Source: Candidatus Latescibacterota bacterium (GTDB taxonomy: Bacteria > Latescibacterota > UBA2968 > GCA-2709665). Taken from it: 64,000 nucleotides of DNA. The notes beneath the pieces were generated by a model, which did not search any database, was not told the origin of the DNA, and was given only the letters and a program-made list of their open reading frames with translations. The stretch is from the NCBI GenBank assembly GCA_963667175.2, contig CAXXXF010000015.1:704001-768000 (forward strand). The letters run 5' to 3'. This document shows positions 58,862-64,000 of this stretch, in pieces (position 1 is the first letter of the stretch; each line of letters opens with the position of its first letter). The position numbers were made by a program, and so were the translations under genes.

Positions 58862-59905
58862 TTAGCGCCGGATTCTGGCTGCGGCGCCCTTCATGGCCGC
58901 CTCCGCCTCCGCCCGCGTCGCCCAGTTGACGTCGCCCAGGAACGTATGCGCAAGGGCCGAGTACGCGCCCGCGAAATCCACCGCGGCCTGAGGGTCCATC
59001 CCCTCGATCAGGCTCGAAATCAACCCGGCCGAGAAACTGTCCCCGCCTCCAACGCGGTCGACCATTTCGAGGTCTTCGTAGATTCGAGACAGGTAGAATG
59101 CTTCTCCATCGAACAGGAGCGTACGCCAGTCGTTCAGCAGCCCCGTCTTTGCAACCCGCAACGTCGTGCCCACGTAGTCTACGTTTGGATAGGATTCGAT
59201 TGCCCGCCGCGCCACGTCCTTGTAGCTTTCCGGGTCCAGTTGACTGTAGTCCTCTTTCGAACCCTCCGCCTTCAACCCCAGGACCTTTTCAAAGTCCTCT
59301 TCGTTGCCGATCAGGACCTTGACCAGTGGAACGATCCTGCTGCTGGTTTTCTGGGCTTTTTCCGAACTCCACAGCTTCGACCGGAAGTTCAAGTCATAGC
59401 TCGTCGTTACCCCGGCCCTGCTGGCGGCCTCGAGGGCTTCAATGGTCGTATCCGCGGCGCCGTTGGAAAGCGCCGGGGTGATGCCGCTCACGTGAAACCA
59501 TTTCGCGCCGTCAAAAACGGAATTCCAGTCCACCACGCCCGGCTCGATGTTCGATATCGCGGAATTCGCCCGGTCGTACGTCACCGCGCTCGCCCTCGGC
59601 CCGACGCCCAGTTCGACGTGGTAAAATCCGTTCCGTTCGAAACCGACTCCGTCGAAATCCACCCATTGGATATTGGACATGTCCACGCCGTGCTCGCGGC
59701 CCCTGTTCCGGATGACCCAACCCGTCCAATTGTCCACCAGCCGGGATACCCACGCCGTATTCAGCCCCAGATGAGCGCAGGCTACGGCGACGTTGTATTC
59801 GCCACCGCCTATCTCGACGTCGAGACTGGTGGAATTCTCCAGCCGGCGGTATCCCGGAGACGACAAGCGGATCATCGCCTCCCCGAAGGTTACGACATCA
59901 TACAT
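58862..59905 (-). CDS. kdgK: PfkB sugar kinase, 2-keto-3-deoxygluconate kinase-like
   Basis: FGEAMIRL, HVSGITPAL, DLNFRSKLW, DRVGGGDSF; adjacent to eda. Confidence 0.85.
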   Translation of the reverse strand: MYDVVTFGEAMIRLSSPGYRRLENSTSLDVEIGGGEYNVAVACAHLGLNTAWVSRLVDNWTGWVIRNRGREHGVDMSNIQWVDFDGVGFERNGFYHVELGVGPRASAVTYDRANSAISNIEPGVVDWNSVFDGAKWFHVSGITPALSNGAADTTIEALEAASRAGVTTSYDLNFRSKLWSSEKAQKTSSRIVPLVKVLIGNEEDFEKVLGLKAEGSKEDYSQLDPESYKDVARRAIESYPNVDYVGTTLRVAKTGLLNDWRTLLFDGEAFYLSRIYEDLEMVDRVGGGDSFSAGLISSLIEGMDPQAAVDFAGAYSALAHTFLGDVNWATRAEAEAAMKGAAARIRR

Positions 59906-59940
59906 CGCTTCCCTCCTCTGAATGAACCAGGGCGCGGTCT

Positions 59941-60636
59941 TCATTCATCGCTTCCGCCCAGAAGGCCGGCAAGGATCAACATCCGGAACAGTTCAAGTAC
60001 CGCGACCAGCGCCGACGCTACGTAGGTCCAGGCCGCCGCGTTCAATACCTTGCGGGCCGCGGGAATCTCTTCCCGGGTCAGATATCCGCCGTCACGCAGG
60101 ATGGCAATTGCCCGGCTGCTGGCATTGAACTCCACCGGCAGCGTGACGAGCCCGAACAGGACGGCGAACGAAAAGAACACGATGCCAAGTTGAAGCATCA
60201 GTCCGGATTGAAAAAAGAAGCCGATGAAGAACAGGGGCATGCCCAGCCAGGAACCGAAGTTCGCCACGGGCACGATATTCGTCCGCAGGCTCAAGGGAAA
60301 GTACCCGTGCGCATGCTGAAAGGCGTGACCCGCCTCGTGGGCCGCAACGCCGATGGCCGCAAGCGACCGTGATCCGTAGGTGCTGTCCGACAGTCGCAAC
60401 GTATGATCTCTCGGATCGTAGTGGTCGGTCAGATTGCCGCTCACGTTTTCCACCTTTACCGAAACGCCTCCTCGCCGCAGAATATCGCGGGTAACCTGGT
60501 CCGCGGTCCATCCGCTTCGGGCGCCGAATTCATCGTATCTGGCGAAGGTACGCTTGACCTTGAACTGCGCCCACAGCGCCAGGATGAGACCGGGGATCAC
60601 CAGGATCATCGTTGGATCCCAGAAGAGAGAAAACAT
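59941..60636 (-). CDS. Membrane zinc metallopeptidase (YugP-like)
   Basis: LTDHYDP, AAHEAGHA, TLPVEFNAS, AAAWTYVA. Confidence 0.9.
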   Translation of the reverse strand: MFSLFWDPTMILVIPGLILALWAQFKVKRTFARYDEFGARSGWTADQVTRDILRRGGVSVKVENVSGNLTDHYDPRDHTLRLSDSTYGSRSLAAIGVAAHEAGHAFQHAHGYFPLSLRTNIVPVANFGSWLGMPLFFIGFFFQSGLMLQLGIVFFSFAVLFGLVTLPVEFNASSRAIAILRDGGYLTREEIPAARKVLNAAAWTYVASALVAVLELFRMLILAGLLGGSDE

Positions 60637-60675
60637 AAACCCGACACCTCCTTCGCTTCTTTCATTCACTCAAAC

Positions 60676-60742
60676 GGATTTCGTTATATGCTCCGCTAAC
60701 GTTGTTGAAAGTCAACCGATTATACGACAACCCCACCGGTTT
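60676..60742. repeat. Dispersed ~65-bp non-coding repeat (copy 2)
   Basis: Ungapped match to 24966-25032. Confidence 0.65.
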
Positions 60743-60801
60743 CTCAGGAATAATTCAGGTTTGAGAATATGTGCTGTTTTCTTATCTGACGCGACGTCAT
60801 T

Positions 60802-61746
60802 TTATTCGTGGTTCCGACTGGTATCTCCGAGGATCTCGCCGGTTTCGATCCGATATCCGCGCACCAGTTCTGCGCCGCTCATCCGCGCTTTTCCGGACGG
60901 TTGCACTTCCTGAAGCGCGACGGCGCCGTCTCCGGCGGCCACCACACATCCCGTCCTCCCGTCCGCCACGACCACCTCGCCGGGCATCCCCGCGCCGCCG
61001 GCGGCCGTCGTTCGGTGCACCTTCAGGGTTCCGCCTCTCCAGGTCGTAAACGCCCCGGGAAAGGGGTTGGTTCCGCGAACCAGATTGCAGACAGACACGG
61101 CGCCGCGCGTCCAGTCGATCCGCCCGTTCTCCTTCTCGAGCCGGGGCGCCCTGGTGACCCCGGTTTTCGGCTGCGGGGTCGGCGCCAACGCGTCTCTTTC
61201 CAGCCCGTCGACGACGTTCGCAAGCGCATCCGCCCCCAATTCCCGCAGCCGATCCGAAAGCTCGCCGGCCGTCTCGTTGGGGCGGATTCCCACAACCCGC
61301 TGGAACAGCAGGTCTCCCGCGTCCACGCGCGCGGTCAGGCGGAATACGCTTATCCCCGTTTCAGTCTCTCCCCGGATGATCGCCCAGTTGATCGGGGCCG
61401 CTCCCCGGTACCTGGGCAACAGAGAAGGGTGAAGGTTAATCGACCCGAGCTTTGGAATTTTCAACACGACCCGTGGCAATATTGCGAACGCGACCACCAC
61501 GAAAAGGTCGGCGTCGAGACGCCGAAGCCGGCACAGAAAGTCCCGGGCTTCCAGCAAGTTTGGCTGCAATACCGGAAGCGCCAATCGTTGAGCGGCCGCC
61601 TTTACGGGCGGCGGCATCAGCTTCCGCCCCCGTCCCCGCGGACGGTCCGGCCGGGTCACGACCGCGGCGACTTCGTGGCCGCAAGCGACAAGGCGCTCCA
61701 GGGACGGCACCGCGAAATCGGGCGTCCCCATAAACACCAGCTTCAC
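60802..61746 (-). CDS. fmt: Methionyl-tRNA formyltransferase
   Basis: VFMGTPDFA, PDRPRGRG, NLHPSLLPRYRGAAP. Confidence 0.95.
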   Translation of the reverse strand: MKLVFMGTPDFAVPSLERLVACGHEVAAVVTRPDRPRGRGRKLMPPPVKAAAQRLALPVLQPNLLEARDFLCRLRRLDADLFVVVAFAILPRVVLKIPKLGSINLHPSLLPRYRGAAPINWAIIRGETETGISVFRLTARVDAGDLLFQRVVGIRPNETAGELSDRLRELGADALANVVDGLERDALAPTPQPKTGVTRAPRLEKENGRIDWTRGAVSVCNLVRGTNPFPGAFTTWRGGTLKVHRTTAAGGAGMPGEVVVADGRTGCVVAAGDGAVALQEVQPSGKARMSGAELVRGYRIETGEILGDTSRNHE

Positions 61747-61813
61747 GACAGTCTCCGATCGGGGATCCGTTCCAGCCGATATCTCCCGGCATCCATCCCG
61801 CTCCGGTCTCCGA

Positions 61814-62140
61814 TCACTTCTCTTCCACAACCCGGGAAACAGATCCCCTTGCAACCTCGAGGCGGACTTCCTTGGCGACCTGCACGACCAGGATGCCAGC
61901 CTCTTCTTTAACGCCCACAATCGTCCCGTGAATCCCCCCCGACGTTACGATTTTATCGCCCTTCTGCAGTGCGTCGATCATCGCCTGTTGCGCCTTCTGC
62001 TTCTTGATTTGTGGGCGAAAGATCAGCAGGTAGACGACAACGACCATCAATAGCAGCGGGAAAATCTGCATCAGAAATCCCGGCTGGGACCCGTCGGCCG
62101 GCTGGCCGCCCATGGCAAATGCTTCGGTTACGCCAAACAA
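61814..62140 (-). CDS. yajC: Preprotein translocase subunit YajC
   Basis: YLLIFRPQ, LQKGDKIVTSGGIHG. Confidence 0.95.
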   Translation of the reverse strand: MFGVTEAFAMGGQPADGSQPGFLMQIFPLLLMVVVVYLLIFRPQIKKQKAQQAMIDALQKGDKIVTSGGIHGTIVGVKEEAGILVVQVAKEVRLEVARGSVSRVVEEK

Positions 62141-62189
62141 AGGAGCCCTCCTTGAAGGAATCAGGAACGTGAATTGAACCGAAGAATCC

Positions 62190-63362
<1,173 letters not shown>

Positions 63363-63506
63363 TCAACAGGAACCCGGTTCCAATGACCAGAACAAACGAG
63401 TCTTCGGTTATACTACCGAAGACTTCGCTGCGCGATTGCCGCAGTGCAATGGGTTTCTGCGCCCTTTCTCTCCACGGGAAGCGGTACCCGGCCCGGACGC
63501 CGCCCA

Positions 63507-63535
63507 AATATACCAAGCGTCCAGGTACAAGTCAA
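63507..63535 (-). promoter_or_regulatory. Putative sigma70 promoter of tgt-yajC-fmt
   Basis: TTGACT-17 bp-TATATT. Confidence 0.55.
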
Positions 63536-63601
63536 CGGGTATTGAATTTCGTAAAGGGTCGGATCGATACCTGGCCCTTCGTAACAATCATTGCCGATTG
63601 C

Positions 63602-64000
63602 TCATCTGACCGCTTCCCCGGCATCGATGAACGTGAATCCGCTTTTTTCGAGTTCCGGCAGCACGCGTTCGAGCGCAGCCAGCGTGGCTGGCAGCGCTCG
63701 TCCGATGCCGATAACGGTTCCTGAAATGCCCGCCATTTCCGCCAGAGCCTCCACGGACCGCTCGACCGACTCCTGCGTTTCCTTCCGGTCCAGAAACATC
63801 GAGTTTCGTCCGGCAGGCATTCCCTTTTCCTCTGCGACGGACCATGCCTTCGAGCGCGGACTGGTAAAGCTATCTACGAAAAAGAGACCATGGCGGTCCA
63901 CTTCTTCCAATACCGTGCCGATTGCCGCCGTATCCTCCGTCAACCGCGACCCCATATGGTTGTTCAATCCCATTGCCTGAGGCAGATTTGCACGCGCCGA
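63602..64000 (-). CDS. Divergent polysaccharide deacetylase family protein (3' part)
   Basis: GLNNHMGS, LFFVDS.TS, FLD. Confidence 0.85.
   Translation of the reverse strand, partial: SARANLPQAMGLNNHMGSRLTEDTAAIGTVLEEVDRHGLFFVDSFTSPRSKAWSVAEEKGMPAGRNSMFLDRKETQESVERSVEALAEMAGISGTVIGIGRALPATLAALERVLPELEKSGFTFIDAGEAVR

Noticed and set aside
58475-60025. 516-aa plus-strand ORF
   Set aside because: Antisense to kdgK/eda; no motifs.

Overview
Bacterial chromosomal window with two distinct halves. Positions 1-27.7 kb form a defence/toxin-antitoxin island, almost all on the minus strand and downstream of a tRNA-Lys(CTT). It carries orphan or truncated antitoxins (HicB, VapB fragment, HigA), an intact VapBC pair and a complete group II intron. 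It also has Type I R-M hsdM and hsdS about 8 kb apart, with no hsdR in view; between them sit two AbiE pairs and a large endonuclease-TPR-PIN protein. Further downstream is a tight six-gene operon: SspABCD-type phosphorothioation genes followed, not by SspE/SspFGH, but by a MORC-like GHKL ATPase-histidine kinase fusion and a large receiver-domain protein. A Fic gene runs off the left edge. The Ssp + kinase/receiver operon is the best candidate for an undescribed system. Positions 27.9-64 kb are GC-rich housekeeping DNA: moaC, moeA, rne/rng, rplU, rpmA, mdh, acnA, gpmI, sucC, dnaK, a cytochrome c maturation operon with CxxxY-type CcmE, sugar-acid genes, fmt, yajC and tgt, with scattered REP/MITE-like repeats. 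All calls come from reading motifs by eye; no database searches were run.
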